Origin: an uncultured Poribacteria bacterium
Lineage (GTDB): Bacteria; Poribacteria; WGA-4E; WGA-3G
NCBI GenBank assembly: GCA_951813565.1
Contig: OX638351.1
Location: 3,904,001-3,968,000 of the forward strand
DNA length: 64,000 nt
Direction of reading: 5' to 3'
In this document: positions 31,176 through 41,867 of the stretch, in pieces
How the letters are laid out: every line of letters starts with the position of its first letter
Numbering within the stretch: position 1 is the stretch's first letter
Program-made: the position numbers and the translations under genes
The notes under the pieces: model-generated
What the model saw: the letters and a program-made list of their open reading frames with translations, nothing else
Told to the model about the DNA's origin: nothing
Databases searched by the model: none

Positions 31176-31757
31176 ATGGACAAAATGATTGATGATGAAA
31201 TGCTTGTTGCACAGTTCAAATCGGGTAGTCAAAAAGCTTTTGATGAATTGATGAAACGTTATGAACGTAAAATCTTCGGATATCTTCTACGGTCTGTTAG
31301 GAATTACGAAGATGCTGAGGAGTTAACACTTGAAGTGTTTTTCAAGGCATATCGTGCACTTGCGTCATGGGAACCGAAAGCAAAATTTACGACATGGCTT
31401 TATACAATTGCTTCTAATCTTGCTATTGACTATCACCGTTCTAAATCCCGGAAACCTGTTTACGTGTTAGAAGATGAAGATGTAATTGAAGCAAGACTCG
31501 TTGCTACAGACATCTCGAGCAATCCCGAAAAGCAGCTTGAAGATAAAGAACGGGGACGCATCATCCGAGAAGCAGTTGACGAACTTTCCGCTAAACAAAA
31601 GACTGTTTTTATGTTAACACGGTATGAAGGTTTACAAATTCGAGAGGTAGCCGAGACACTCGGAATGGCTGAAGGCACAGTGAAAATTCATCTTCATCGC
31701 GCAATCAAAAAGTTACAAACTATATTACGACCTTTGTGGGAAAATAATGAAATATAG
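31176..31757 (+). CDS. ECF sigma-70 factor
   Basis: AFDELMKRY, DAEELTLEVF, FTTWLYTIASN, EVAETLGMAEGTVKIHLHRA. Confidence 0.95.
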   Translation: MDKMIDDEMLVAQFKSGSQKAFDELMKRYERKIFGYLLRSVRNYEDAEELTLEVFFKAYRALASWEPKAKFTTWLYTIASNLAIDYHRSKSRKPVYVLEDEDVIEARLVATDISSNPEKQLEDKERGRIIREAVDELSAKQKTVFMLTRYEGLQIREVAETLGMAEGTVKIHLHRAIKKLQTILRPLWENNEI

Positions 31758-31768
31758 GAGGTCCGTTC

Positions 31769-32386
31769 ATGCCTAAATGTAATAAATCTGAAGCACAGAC
31801 GATTGATTTTGTATATGGTGAGTTAAACCCGTCACAAGTAGTAGATTTTGAACAGCATCTTACTACATGTGAGAACTGCACCAAAAAGGTCAACGCATAT
31901 AAGCGTGTGCTTCACCTTGTAGACGAAGCAGAGGAAGAATTAACATCCCATGTTATTGTTCCACACAACCTTGAGATGAAATTATACAGACGGCTTGCTA
32001 AGGCGCCATCCGTTAAACCCTCGCTAAGTTCCCGTTTGTCAGATTTTACGGTGAGGCCCCTATTAATCTTACGGGAACAGAAAGTAGCCAGTATATGTAT
32101 TTTTACTTTTGCTGTAATTGCTATCGCGTTTTTCGTCGGCAATCCGTTTAACCCCGCACCCACATTCGAAGCGAGTCATACCGACTCAGCGGACGCACGC
32201 ATTGAACAGTATAGACATCAGGATATTCAACGAAGTATGGAGGATGTTCTAAGAAAAAAACATCTCCGTAATTCAGATGAATGGGATACAGTCAGCGATC
32301 TTAATCGCGTTAAAGACCACGCACAAGGCACCAATTGGGCAAATATTGCCAAAAAACAACTGAAAAGTGTTCATTCAGAACTTTGA
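31769..32386 (+). CDS. Zinc-binding (ZAS/zf-HC2) membrane anti-sigma factor
   Basis: HLTTCENC (HxxxCxxC), single TM, directly after the sigma gene. Confidence 0.88.
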   Translation: MPKCNKSEAQTIDFVYGELNPSQVVDFEQHLTTCENCTKKVNAYKRVLHLVDEAEEELTSHVIVPHNLEMKLYRRLAKAPSVKPSLSSRLSDFTVRPLLILREQKVASICIFTFAVIAIAFFVGNPFNPAPTFEASHTDSADARIEQYRHQDIQRSMEDVLRKKHLRNSDEWDTVSDLNRVKDHAQGTNWANIAKKQLKSVHSEL

Positions 32387-32432
32387 ACATTGGAATTCCC
32401 AGGTTAGTTGTTGAGCATTAAAAGAGTTTTAC

Positions 32433-34409
32433 GTGGAAAATTTGCAATTTACTCCTATTATTCATCGCGCTATATCATGTATGCTACTGTTGCTGTTGAT
32501 GGTTTTATCCACGGCATACGCGCAGCTTGATGAAGTTACCTCTTTACTTGAGGAACAACATTATACGGAAGCTGCCACTAAGTTGGAGAAACTCGCTAAA
32601 TCTTCAAAAGATATTGAAACCCAGAGTCGCTACTACTACCAACTCGGCGAGATCTATTACAACTATACACAGCAATATCCTGAAGCACTCAAGGCTTATG
32701 AAAAGATTCTTGGGATGAAATCGGACGGGCTACCGATGGCTGAAATTTTTCTCGCATATATTAAAATCGGTGATGTGTACAGTCGGATGGGAAAATATGA
32801 GAAGGCTGTTCAAAATTTCCATACACTTGTCAGCATGGCGCCAGAAACCCATTTCGTACATAAAATCGGATTACGTAAAATTCGAGACATTCGAACTGCA
32901 CTAAAAAACTTACAGATTCAGGAAGAGATTGTCCGTAACTATAAAGGCACACCGTTAGAGGCGGTTGCACAATTTCAGATTGCTGAACTCTACCGCACGC
33001 ATTCTCAACTCAATCAACCTGAACGTGCCATCGTAGCATATCAGGTCTTACTTGATAAACACCCCACTGACAAATTAGCTGCTGAAACACAGTGGCGGAT
33101 CGCGCACTTAAGGCATACTGTATTACACCAATTGCCGTTAGCAATTGATGCTTACCAGAAAGTGGCAGACAATTTTCCAACAAGTAACTTCGCCGCAGAG
33201 GCTCTTTTTCATATTGCTAATCTTCATCGTGAGGCGGAGAAGTACGAAAACGCACTCACCGTATACGATACTATTTTAGAAAAACATCCGAACTTCTGGA
33301 ATATGCATGCAGTTTTTTATTGGTCAGGTATCTGCCATGAAGAAATTCAGAATTATACCAAAGCATGCAATGCATTTAAAATTTACCTTAACGTTTACCT
33401 ACCAAACTTAGAGCCGGTCTATCTTGGACAGATTGCGATGTATGATAAAAGTGTTGCGGAAGTGAGCGAACTACTTCGCGCTAAAATAGTTACACTAACG
33501 CAACTCATACCAAAGCAGGAATTTGAAAGGCTCGAAAAGACTGTGGAAGACGGCCACTACGATGAAGCTTCAAAAATTGCCCGTAATTTAATCGTCACTG
33601 TCCCAAATTCACAATTTGCCAAACGGGCTGCAGCACAACTCCGTTCAATTGAACACAATGCAGCGATTCAAAAACTCTTGGCACAAATTAAGGGCGGAGG
33701 TATAAACGCTGATGAGAAAGTCAGAACTCAACTACAAATTGCTACTATTTATGAGCGCAATTTGATGGATTATTCCAAAGCGGTTGATGCGTATAGAAAA
33801 ATATTCCAAGAACATCCTAAATTGCCTTATGCAGCTGAAGCGCGCTACCGTATAGGCATTATTTATGCGGATATACTTAAAAAACCAAATTCAGCACTTC
33901 AATCTTTCAACGCTATTATAAAACAACACCCAAATACCTTGCAAGCGATGATGGCAACTTTCCAAGTAGGTGAAATCTATAGGAAACTCCAGCGATTTGA
34001 TGAGGCATTGCAAGCCTATCAAACGACTATTAGTTATCCCGAACGCGAACTTTATCTGTCCGATGGATATAAAGACAGTTATGCAGATAGAGCACAATTT
34101 CGTATCGGCAGGGTTCACTTTGAAGACCAACGTTATGCTGATGCGCGCTTCGCTTTTGAGGAGTTTATCAAAAACCGCACCGAATCGCCACGGTTCGCTG
34201 CTGCACATATCTATTTAGCAGTAATGCACCAAGAAAGTGGAGAAAATGATGCGGCAGATGAGTATTACCGTAAAGCAGAAAGAATACTGACGAATAATCC
34301 TGTCCAGATTCAAATGGTTATTGATGAAGCAGGCACTCTTGGTTTCCAAAGTCCAGATACTGTCATTAAATTCCTACAAGATCGTCAAAAACGCCTTAAG
34401 TCCGAGTAG
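32433..34409 (+). CDS. Secreted tetratricopeptide repeat protein
   Basis: Signal peptide; many A.Y.IG/IA..Y and ..YQ....(H/F)P TPR repeats. Confidence 0.9.
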   Translation: MENLQFTPIIHRAISCMLLLLLMVLSTAYAQLDEVTSLLEEQHYTEAATKLEKLAKSSKDIETQSRYYYQLGEIYYNYTQQYPEALKAYEKILGMKSDGLPMAEIFLAYIKIGDVYSRMGKYEKAVQNFHTLVSMAPETHFVHKIGLRKIRDIRTALKNLQIQEEIVRNYKGTPLEAVAQFQIAELYRTHSQLNQPERAIVAYQVLLDKHPTDKLAAETQWRIAHLRHTVLHQLPLAIDAYQKVADNFPTSNFAAEALFHIANLHREAEKYENALTVYDTILEKHPNFWNMHAVFYWSGICHEEIQNYTKACNAFKIYLNVYLPNLEPVYLGQIAMYDKSVAEVSELLRAKIVTLTQLIPKQEFERLEKTVEDGHYDEASKIARNLIVTVPNSQFAKRAAAQLRSIEHNAAIQKLLAQIKGGGINADEKVRTQLQIATIYERNLMDYSKAVDAYRKIFQEHPKLPYAAEARYRIGIIYADILKKPNSALQSFNAIIKQHPNTLQAMMATFQVGEIYRKLQRFDEALQAYQTTISYPERELYLSDGYKDSYADRAQFRIGRVHFEDQRYADARFAFEEFIKNRTESPRFAAAHIYLAVMHQESGENDAADEYYRKAERILTNNPVQIQMVIDEAGTLGFQSPDTVIKFLQDRQKRLKSE

Positions 34410-34482
34410 CGTTCAAGTTTCGGTAGGCAAGATTTCTTAACCTTGCTGGTGCAGAGTGTCCAAGTAATTCTAAAATCTACTA

Positions 34483-34637
34483 TAATCCAAGTTGCCACCT
34501 ATTTGTGAACGCTCTTGTAGGAGGGGTTTCTAACCCCGATTTATATCAGAAAACGTCAGAATCAGCGAGAAATCCTTGTTTTTCAGTAAAAAACGGTGGA
34601 TGCCTGATCGAAATCTTGTAGATAGCAACTTGGGTTA
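34483..34637. mobile_element. MITE (TAATCCAAGTTGC/GCAACTTGGGTTA ends) with REP; empty-site copy
   Basis: TIRs; similar along its length to the inverted copy at 60245-60431. Confidence 0.75.
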
Positions 34638-34668
34638 CTATAGCATTAATCAGCGCGAAGTAATTCTC

Positions 34669-35358
34669 TTAACTCTGGAAACCTTCCAATAAAGTCCGCT
34701 GTTGTTCTGGTGAAAGTCTTTTGAACCCTTCCAACCAAATTTGCTTCCTCCTTTCGACAGACCGTTTCTGATCTTCAGCGGTTATCCGATCAAATTCTTT
34801 TTCGGCTTCTGCTGCGCGAGCCATATCCGCTGCCAATATTTCCGCTGCTTCTTCTGAATAAGAGGCGAGATTTCGAAGTGCTTCCTCCCGGCTTAACCTG
34901 GCGTTCTTAAGAGTTCTCGTTGCTGCTTCTAAAGAGGCTGAATCGCCAGATTTCAATGCTTCAGTGAATTTACTCAAAGCGGATTTATGTTCTATCTCAG
35001 ACTTCGCGTATGCTTCAAAAGCAGCACTTGCTGCAACATCCTCAGCAGAGGGCAATTGTTGAAGTTTCTGTTTTTGCTTCTTTTTATCGTCTAAAGTAGT
35101 ATTTCCACCAGTGTCGTTAGTCTTTTCAGAGTTTGAACCTTCTTTTTTGGCTTCTATTTCCGCCGCTGTATCACCCTTACCTGTTTTCTGTGTAGACTCA
35201 GGAACAGATGATTCTTTTTGGGGCTGGTTTTCTATTTGCAAAGTGTTCTTAGATGCACCATTGAGTTCTTCTGGATCAGAACGCTGATGTCCGAAATACA
35301 AAAGAGCAGCCCCTATAAAGCAAAAAACTGGACAAGTTGGAATGATAAACTTTTTCAT
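34669..35358 (-). CDS. Hypothetical membrane-anchored protein with charged helical C-terminus
   Basis: AGGAG RBS, N-terminal hydrophobic segment, 229-aa ORF. Confidence 0.7.
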   Translation of the reverse strand: MKKFIIPTCPVFCFIGAALLYFGHQRSDPEELNGASKNTLQIENQPQKESSVPESTQKTGKGDTAAEIEAKKEGSNSEKTNDTGGNTTLDDKKKQKQKLQQLPSAEDVAASAAFEAYAKSEIEHKSALSKFTEALKSGDSASLEAATRTLKNARLSREEALRNLASYSEEAAEILAADMARAAEAEKEFDRITAEDQKRSVERRKQIWLEGFKRLSPEQQRTLLEGFQS

Positions 35359-35989
35359 CTTATTACTCCTTTTGACTTAGATGGCGACTATGTATAAAGA
35401 TTATATGATTGTTTTTAACATCCTGCAATATTATTCATCTTTCTTTTTAAGTGGAATGTGGAACATCCCAAGACGATTGGTTGCAATGTAAAACCTACCA
35501 TTACTAACAACAAGGTCACGTACTCTATCTGGTACTTCTTGCCAGCTCAGTTCCCATATACCTTGATTGTCTAATTTATAGATGCCTGCGTCACATACAC
35601 CATAAACCTCGGTGCTGGCGATTGCTAAACAGTCCATTACAATTCGATCCCCATTGTCATCGGTAAGTACTACCCACTTTTCACCATCATCTGAAGTTAA
35701 TACACCATTATCAGTCCCAACATAAATCGTTGAACCCGCAAAAATTATCTCATTGAAAAGGTTAAAGGAAACGGGAAGATTTGTGGTAACATCATTCCAT
35801 CTGTTTCCACCATCAAGCGATTGAAAGAGACGACCATCCCGCTTTCCGACATAGACTGTTTCATCTGAAACAGCGATTCGGAATCCTTCCCTACCGTAAG
35901 GACGTTGTTCACCGGCATCCATTAAACCTGTAGTGGACCATGTTGAGCTGCCGGGTTTCCATTTGAAAAGTTCGCGTTTATATTCTAAG

Positions 35990-37079
35990 CAGGACTTACG
36001 CATTTTTATAAAATGGTGTATACTATTCTATTATGATTACATTTTCCCACTCTCAAAAGAAGGAAAACCTATTTTCCGATTATTGTCAGTTTTTGATAGC
36101 AAGTGTCACGAATTGGACACAAACCTACTTTGCTGATCATATAGAGAAATGGAGCCACGATCAACTCAATCGTTTTTTGAGAAATGAAAACATTCCTTCC
36201 AACGAACTCTGGCAATCCGTAAAGGATGACATTGAGTATGATGATGAAGGATACATAGTTTTTGATGATTTTGTGCTTCCTAAACTCCATGCCAAAGAGA
36301 TTGAAGCCCTGCGTTCTCAATGGAGTGGTAGCGACAAAAAAGTCGTTGTAGGCATCGGTATTGTCACGTGTCTTTATGTCAATCCAAAGACGCAAGAATA
36401 TTGGATCATTGATTATCGTATTTTTGACAAAGATCATGATGGTAAAACCAAAATAGACCATTTACTGGAAATGTTGCACAATGTCTACTTGAAAAAACAA
36501 CTCCCGTTTCGGACTGTGCTCATGGATGCTTGGTATGCGTCAATGAAAGTCATCAAAGCGATTGAAAAACTTTCCAAGATTTACTATGTGCCTCTCAAGC
36601 GTAATCGTCTTGTCAATGATACGGATGGTGTTGAACAACACCAACAAGTCCAAGATTTATGTTGGACCCAAACAGAAATACGACAAGGAAAACGAGTGCA
36701 CATCAATAAGTTTCCAAATGGACATCAAGTGAAGTTGTTCCGGATAGCGTCCTCTAACGGACACACGGTATATATCGCTACAAACGATTTATCTCAATCA
36801 GATGCGGATGCCACAATCCAAGAATGTAAAGTGCGTTGGAAGATTGAGCAATTTCATCGTGAGATCAAACAAGTCACTGGTATTGGTAAATGTCAATGTC
36901 GCAAGTTGCGTGCGCAAAGAAATCATATTGCGTGTTGTTTTCAAGTATGGGTCTGTTTGACACGCACTGCCCGTGCAGTTGGTAGAACAATTTATGAGCT
37001 TAAAGATAGCTTATTGGACGATTATTTACGACATCAACTCTCAAATCCTTCAATAATCTTCAAGACTGCGTAAGTCCTG
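35990..37079 (+). mobile_element. IS701-like insertion sequence (1090 bp)
   Basis: Perfect 13-bp TIRs CAGGACTTACGCA/TGCGTAAGTCCTG; 7-bp TSD TTCTAAG at 35983-35989 and 37080-37086. Confidence 0.93.
36033..37073 (+). CDS. DDE transposase, IS701-like
   Basis: SHDQLNRFL, VFDD, QWSG, VLMDAWY, RWKIEQFHREIKQVTG, CQCR..RAQRNH. Confidence 0.92.
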   Translation: MITFSHSQKKENLFSDYCQFLIASVTNWTQTYFADHIEKWSHDQLNRFLRNENIPSNELWQSVKDDIEYDDEGYIVFDDFVLPKLHAKEIEALRSQWSGSDKKVVVGIGIVTCLYVNPKTQEYWIIDYRIFDKDHDGKTKIDHLLEMLHNVYLKKQLPFRTVLMDAWYASMKVIKAIEKLSKIYYVPLKRNRLVNDTDGVEQHQQVQDLCWTQTEIRQGKRVHINKFPNGHQVKLFRIASSNGHTVYIATNDLSQSDADATIQECKVRWKIEQFHREIKQVTGIGKCQCRKLRAQRNHIACCFQVWVCLTRTARAVGRTIYELKDSLLDDYLRHQLSNPSIIFKTA

Positions 37080-39584
37080 TTCTAAGTAAAAATTCTCACC
37101 ACTTGCAACAAACTCCCCTAATGCAATTTCTCCTTTTTCCATAAGGTTAACGTAATCATCTAAGGCACGAGAATACTCATCCAAACTCTGTATTTGATCC
37201 TTTAACTGTTCTAAACTCTGAACATTCTCTTTAGGTGTAGGAGACAAATCTTCTCTAATATTCAGCGGTCTGTCTTTTGCATTTTCTTTTTTTTCATCTC
37301 TATCATCTGGGACATTAACATTGATATCCCCAGTAAAAGGGGGAATTCCTTCAACAAACATAAGTTTATTCTCATTGGCAAATAATCGCGCAACACGCAT
37401 ACCACTCTTTTCTGGCACGAGTGCAAAGAAGGTGTCACTTGCAATTGCTAACTTCTGACCAAAATGAGCAAAAATGTCACTCGTACCGCTTCTTTTGTTA
37501 TTGCCAAGTGTGTCCGCACTTGAATCAACATGAATTAGGTTCCACGATTCGCCACCGTCGGTTGATTTAAGAATATCCTCATTGGAGTAGCTGTAGAGTT
37601 GATTTTTATACGTAACTAAATTCCGTCTCGTGGTGCCTGGCATTCCTTTCATAAAGAGATGCCAAGATTCTCCGCCATTAATCGTTCGATAGATACCAGC
37701 ACCTTTTACTTTGTAAAAAGTATTTTCATTTACTGCAACAACAGGGTGGGAACTTAATGTGTACGACTCTGGCGCCTCTCTGAAGACCTGCCAAGTCTGC
37801 CCTCCATTTTTGGATCGGAGTCCAAAATTATTTCCTAATACAAGAAGCGTATTATCTGCAGCCAAAACCTTAATATTAGCTAAACCAATTTTGCTAAACC
37901 TGTCTTTTGGTGTTATTTCTATCCATGAATCTCCTAAATCAGGAGAATAGAAAACTCCCCACAGATAATTGTAGCCAGTCATTAATTCAACAGATTTTAC
38001 CAAATATGTTTCTGATTCCTTAGATGGATAATCGGATTTTGTGCCAACATACAAATTGTTTTCAAAGACTTCCATTGAGGTGATTTTATTTGATGGATCT
38101 ATTGATAATCTTTCCCAGGCACCCGCACTGAGGCGAAAAAGCCCTCGGTCTGTTCCAGCAAATACTGTGTTTCCAATTGAAGTTATTGCTGAAATTGTTC
38201 TGTCGTTCAAGCCATCGTTTAAAGGAAACCACTGTTTACCAACATCAGTTGAATGAAAAATCCCATTTTTGATAGCAAAGTAAAACACGTCATCTGTAAT
38301 TACTAATCCGATAGCTTGTCCTTTTGGGCGTGGACCGAGGGTATGCCACGTCACACCATCATCAGTTGAAGCATATACTTCATCCGTTGAGACAATATAG
38401 AGTATACCGTTTGCCTCTGCCATAGGCATCCGCATTCCACCAGTCGGCACGGTGTTGTTAATTAACGTCCACTGAACCGCATCCGCTGTCAATTGATAGA
38501 TACCTGTAGGGGACACAGCATAATATTTTCCTTCAGATGTAAGAAATATTTCATGTACTTTACCGCCTTGTGGACCACTCGCTTGAGTCCATTTCTGTGT
38601 TAATTTGTTAGAGGTTGCAGAATCCTCTTGGACTTCTGCAAATAAAACAGCATTGGTACCCTTTTGATTATTCTTGGGCCCTTCGCTGGAAATAGCAGCT
38701 CCTGCAACCTGATGTCGCACATCAAATATTGACAGAACATCAACAACTGGTGCATCAACGACTTCAACAGCGGTTTCTGACTGTGCTTCTAAATTATAAG
38801 GCTTCTGAAAACGGGTGAGATAACGATCACTTGCACCGAGCATCAGAATGAGCAAAACAACGGTTGAACTCAAAGCTGCCCACGGCAGCAAAGGTTTTCC
38901 AACTGAAGCAGGAACTGGTTTAGTGGTAGCAATTTGCTTCGCTATATTCTCAGTAAAGTTTGCAGGTAGTTGGACACTACCAAATGTTTTACGAATCATG
39001 GGAACCTCCGTCTTTAAACGTCTTCGGGCGCGGCTAAGACGACTCTTAATTGTATTCACTGACACACCTAAAAACCTGCTAATTGCTTCACACTTCATCT
39101 CTCCGAGGTAGTGAAGTATCATCACTGTACGTTCGCTTTCCGGCAGTTTTTCCAACAGTCTTCTGACCAGTTCTCGGCGGTATTCAGTTGCCGCTTCCTC
39201 ACGTTGTTCCGAGAGATACTGCCCATAAGCATATCTTTCTAATGTTATTCCACTGGTTGCTTCAAGCGATTGAATCTTCGGTTTCTGTTTTCGAAGCCAT
39301 GCTGTGCAAAGCCTATTAGCAATTACATAAAGCCATCCAGCAAACTGGCTCGGTTTCTTTAGTGTGGAGAGTTTCCTGTGTACTTGGAGGAAAGTATCTT
39401 GGGTAATTTCTTCTGCAATTTGGAAATCCCCTATTTTTCCCCATACTAAGGCGTGAACGCTCTTTTGGTATTTTTTTACTAAAGTCGTGAAAGCAGCTTC
39501 ATCGCCAGACAAGATACTATCAATTAGTTGAACATCATCTTTTTCCATCAGAGTCCCCGAATAAAAGTAAAATTTGATTGTTAG

Positions 39585-39613
39585 TGACGCGATTTAGATG
39601 AGAAAAGGTTGCA
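39585..39613 (-). promoter_or_regulatory. Candidate ECF-type (autoregulatory) promoter
   Basis: TGCAACC-17 nt-CGTCA about 36 nt upstream of the sigma-propeller ATG. Confidence 0.45.
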
Positions 39614-39851
39614 CGATTGTCAAAATTCGTAAAAAAGATGAATTTATTAGGTGGTTTTAGTTTTGGATGGTTTTTCTACGGGATAAACACAGTTACTCTA
39701 CCATTATAAACGGAAATATCATTAATTCTATAGACAAAAACGAAGCTATCTGTTAAAATAAATTTATACCGAACTTAAGATTAGACAACGGACTTGTAAA
39801 TGCGTTCTATTAAATTCTTTCAAGCACTCGTAAACTGGGAGGAAAAGGCAT

Positions 39852-40682
39852 TTGTCAGCCGAAATTCTTAACGGCACTCGCCTCGCTCAGCGCATCCGTA
39901 GCCAAATTCGAAAAAAACTAAAAAAACTAAAATTTACGCCAGGACTCGCTGTCATCCAAGTTGGTGATGATCCCGCATCTACCATATATATCAAACACAA
40001 ACAACGCGATTGTGAAAAAGTACATTTCCACTCAGAAGTCCACCGACTCTCCTCCGAGATAACTCAGCAGACACTTATTCAAAAAGTTGTAGAATTAAAC
40101 ACTCGCGAAGATGTCCACGGTATTTTAGTGCAAATGCCACTGCCAGATACAATTGACGAACAAGTAGTCATAGATGCAATCGTGCCTGATAAGGATGTAG
40201 ATGGATTAACACCTTTCAATTTAGGTAATCTATTTATCAATCGGGAAGGAGTTACACCCTGCACGCCAACAGGAATCATCAAACTTATTGAATTTACTGA
40301 AGAACCAATTGAAGGTAAACAAGCGGTCTGTGTAGGTAGAAGCCATCTCGTTGGAAAACCTGTCGGCGTGATGCTTCTCAACCGGAACGCTACCGTCACA
40401 TACTGCCATTCACGCACCAAAAATCTTGCAGAGGTGACAAAAGAAGCGGATATTCTTGTTGCTGCAATTGGAAAACCTGAATTTATTACAGCGGATATGG
40501 TCAAACCGGGGGCAACTGTCATTGATGTTGGTATCAACTCCGTTGATAATCGTCTTGTCGGTGATGTCAAATTTGATGAAGTAAAAGAGGTAGCTGGGTT
40601 TATTACCCCTGTCCCAGGCGGTGTTGGGCCGCTAACACGCGCAATGCTGCTGGAAAATACGCTGAAATTAGCAAGTAGATAA
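39852..40682 (+). CDS. folD: Bifunctional methylenetetrahydrofolate dehydrogenase/cyclohydrolase
   Basis: PGLAVIQVGDDPAS, GILVQMPLP, KDVDG, PCTP, GRSHLVGKP, ITPVPGGVGP. Confidence 0.97.
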   Translation: MSAEILNGTRLAQRIRSQIRKKLKKLKFTPGLAVIQVGDDPASTIYIKHKQRDCEKVHFHSEVHRLSSEITQQTLIQKVVELNTREDVHGILVQMPLPDTIDEQVVIDAIVPDKDVDGLTPFNLGNLFINREGVTPCTPTGIIKLIEFTEEPIEGKQAVCVGRSHLVGKPVGVMLLNRNATVTYCHSRTKNLAEVTKEADILVAAIGKPEFITADMVKPGATVIDVGINSVDNRLVGDVKFDEVKEVAGFITPVPGGVGPLTRAMLLENTLKLASR

Positions 40683-40723
40683 ACAGATTCTGTTTTCGGA
40701 AAAAACCGAATAGTCTTAGACAA

Positions 40724-41500
40724 ATGGAGGATTTTATGGCATTTCCAGGATTTGAATTGAATGATAAGGTTATGTTAATTACAGGTTCCGGTAAAGGTAT
40801 CGGCAGAGGCATAGCCCTCGCCGCCTCGCAAATGGGAGCAAAGGTTATCTTGAACAGTCGAACTCGCTCCGATCTTGATGAAGTCGCGGAAGAAATTCGC
40901 GCAAATGGCGGTGAAGCAGAACCGGTTGTGTTTGATGTAAGCGACATGAAGTCTGTTGCGGAAGGCGCACAAGCTGCTATTGACGTGTGGGGAAGAGTTG
41001 ATGTCCTTGTCAATAATGCTGGAACAAATCGCCCAAAACCCGCATTGGAACTCACTGAAGAGGATTGGGATGCAATCTACGATCTTAATCTTAAAGGTCT
41101 CTTTTTCCTAACGCAAACACTTGTCAAACCGATGATTGAGCGGGAGAGCGGTAAAATTATCAATATCTCCTCTACCATGGGTTTAGTTGGCGGACCGTTA
41201 CGGACTGCTTATTCCGGTAGCAAGGGTGGGGTTGTTTTATTAACGAAAGGACTCGCCGTGGAATGGGCACCGCATAATGTTACCGTCAACGCTGTCGCTC
41301 CCGCATTCACGCGCACACCACTTGCAGATGTTCTGCTGCAGCGGAAGGAATTCTACGAGGATGTCGTCCGCCGTATTCCTATGGGACGCGTTGGTGAAGT
41401 AGACGAAGTTGTTGGTGCTGTACTATTCTTAGCTTCGGACGCAGCAAATTGGGTCACTGGACAAACCATCGCTGTTGATGGCGGTTGGGTTGCATGGTAG
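40724..41500 (+). CDS. SDR family NAD(P)-dependent oxidoreductase
   Basis: TGSGKGIG, NNAG, YSGSK, VDGG. Confidence 0.95.
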   Translation: MEDFMAFPGFELNDKVMLITGSGKGIGRGIALAASQMGAKVILNSRTRSDLDEVAEEIRANGGEAEPVVFDVSDMKSVAEGAQAAIDVWGRVDVLVNNAGTNRPKPALELTEEDWDAIYDLNLKGLFFLTQTLVKPMIERESGKIINISSTMGLVGGPLRTAYSGSKGGVVLLTKGLAVEWAPHNVTVNAVAPAFTRTPLADVLLQRKEFYEDVVRRIPMGRVGEVDEVVGAVLFLASDAANWVTGQTIAVDGGWVAW

Positions 41501-41602
41501 TTCACACTTATTCCGAATATCTTAGTGGGGCGAGTATATTACATGCCCCACGACCTCTATCTCCTTCCCTATATTAAACTACTCAATATTCCGTTCTTTT
41601 CC

Positions 41603-41631
41603 TTGCAAAACCATACTTTGTAGTGTATAAT
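41603..41631 (+). promoter_or_regulatory. Sigma70-type promoter
   Basis: TTGCAA-17 nt-TATAAT. Confidence 0.55.
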
Positions 41632-41867
41632 TTTCAAGATAGTAGATATTAAATTTGTGCTGATTATGACTACTCTAACAATTTCTATCGTAAACCTTAC
41701 AATAATGGTTAAAACCAAAACAAAGACAAACCGTTAGAAATTATCTCAAATTCGAAATAGCAGAATTTTTAGTTATAGGGTAGATTTTGATTAGCCATAT
41801 TCAATATCAATTTTAAAATTTTAGTAAATCAAATAGAATCTTTTTTAGGTTAGGAGATATATATATA

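Larger units (their letters stand above)
35431..39548 (-). pseudogene. ECF sigma factor fused via a TM helix to a BNR/Asp-box beta-propeller (about 1006 aa), interrupted by an IS
   Basis: Sigma regions 2 and 4 at the N-terminus, TM PWAALSSTVVLLILMLG, repeated S.DGG..W Asp-boxes; removing 35990-37079 plus one TSD copy restores in-frame ENFYLEYKRELFKW. Confidence 0.9.

Noticed and set aside
35431..36003. Standalone 190-aa gene
   Set aside because: It is the C-terminal part of the IS-interrupted sigma-propeller gene; its start codon lies in the IS end
40079..40723. 214-aa minus-strand ORF
   Set aside because: Antisense shadow of folD
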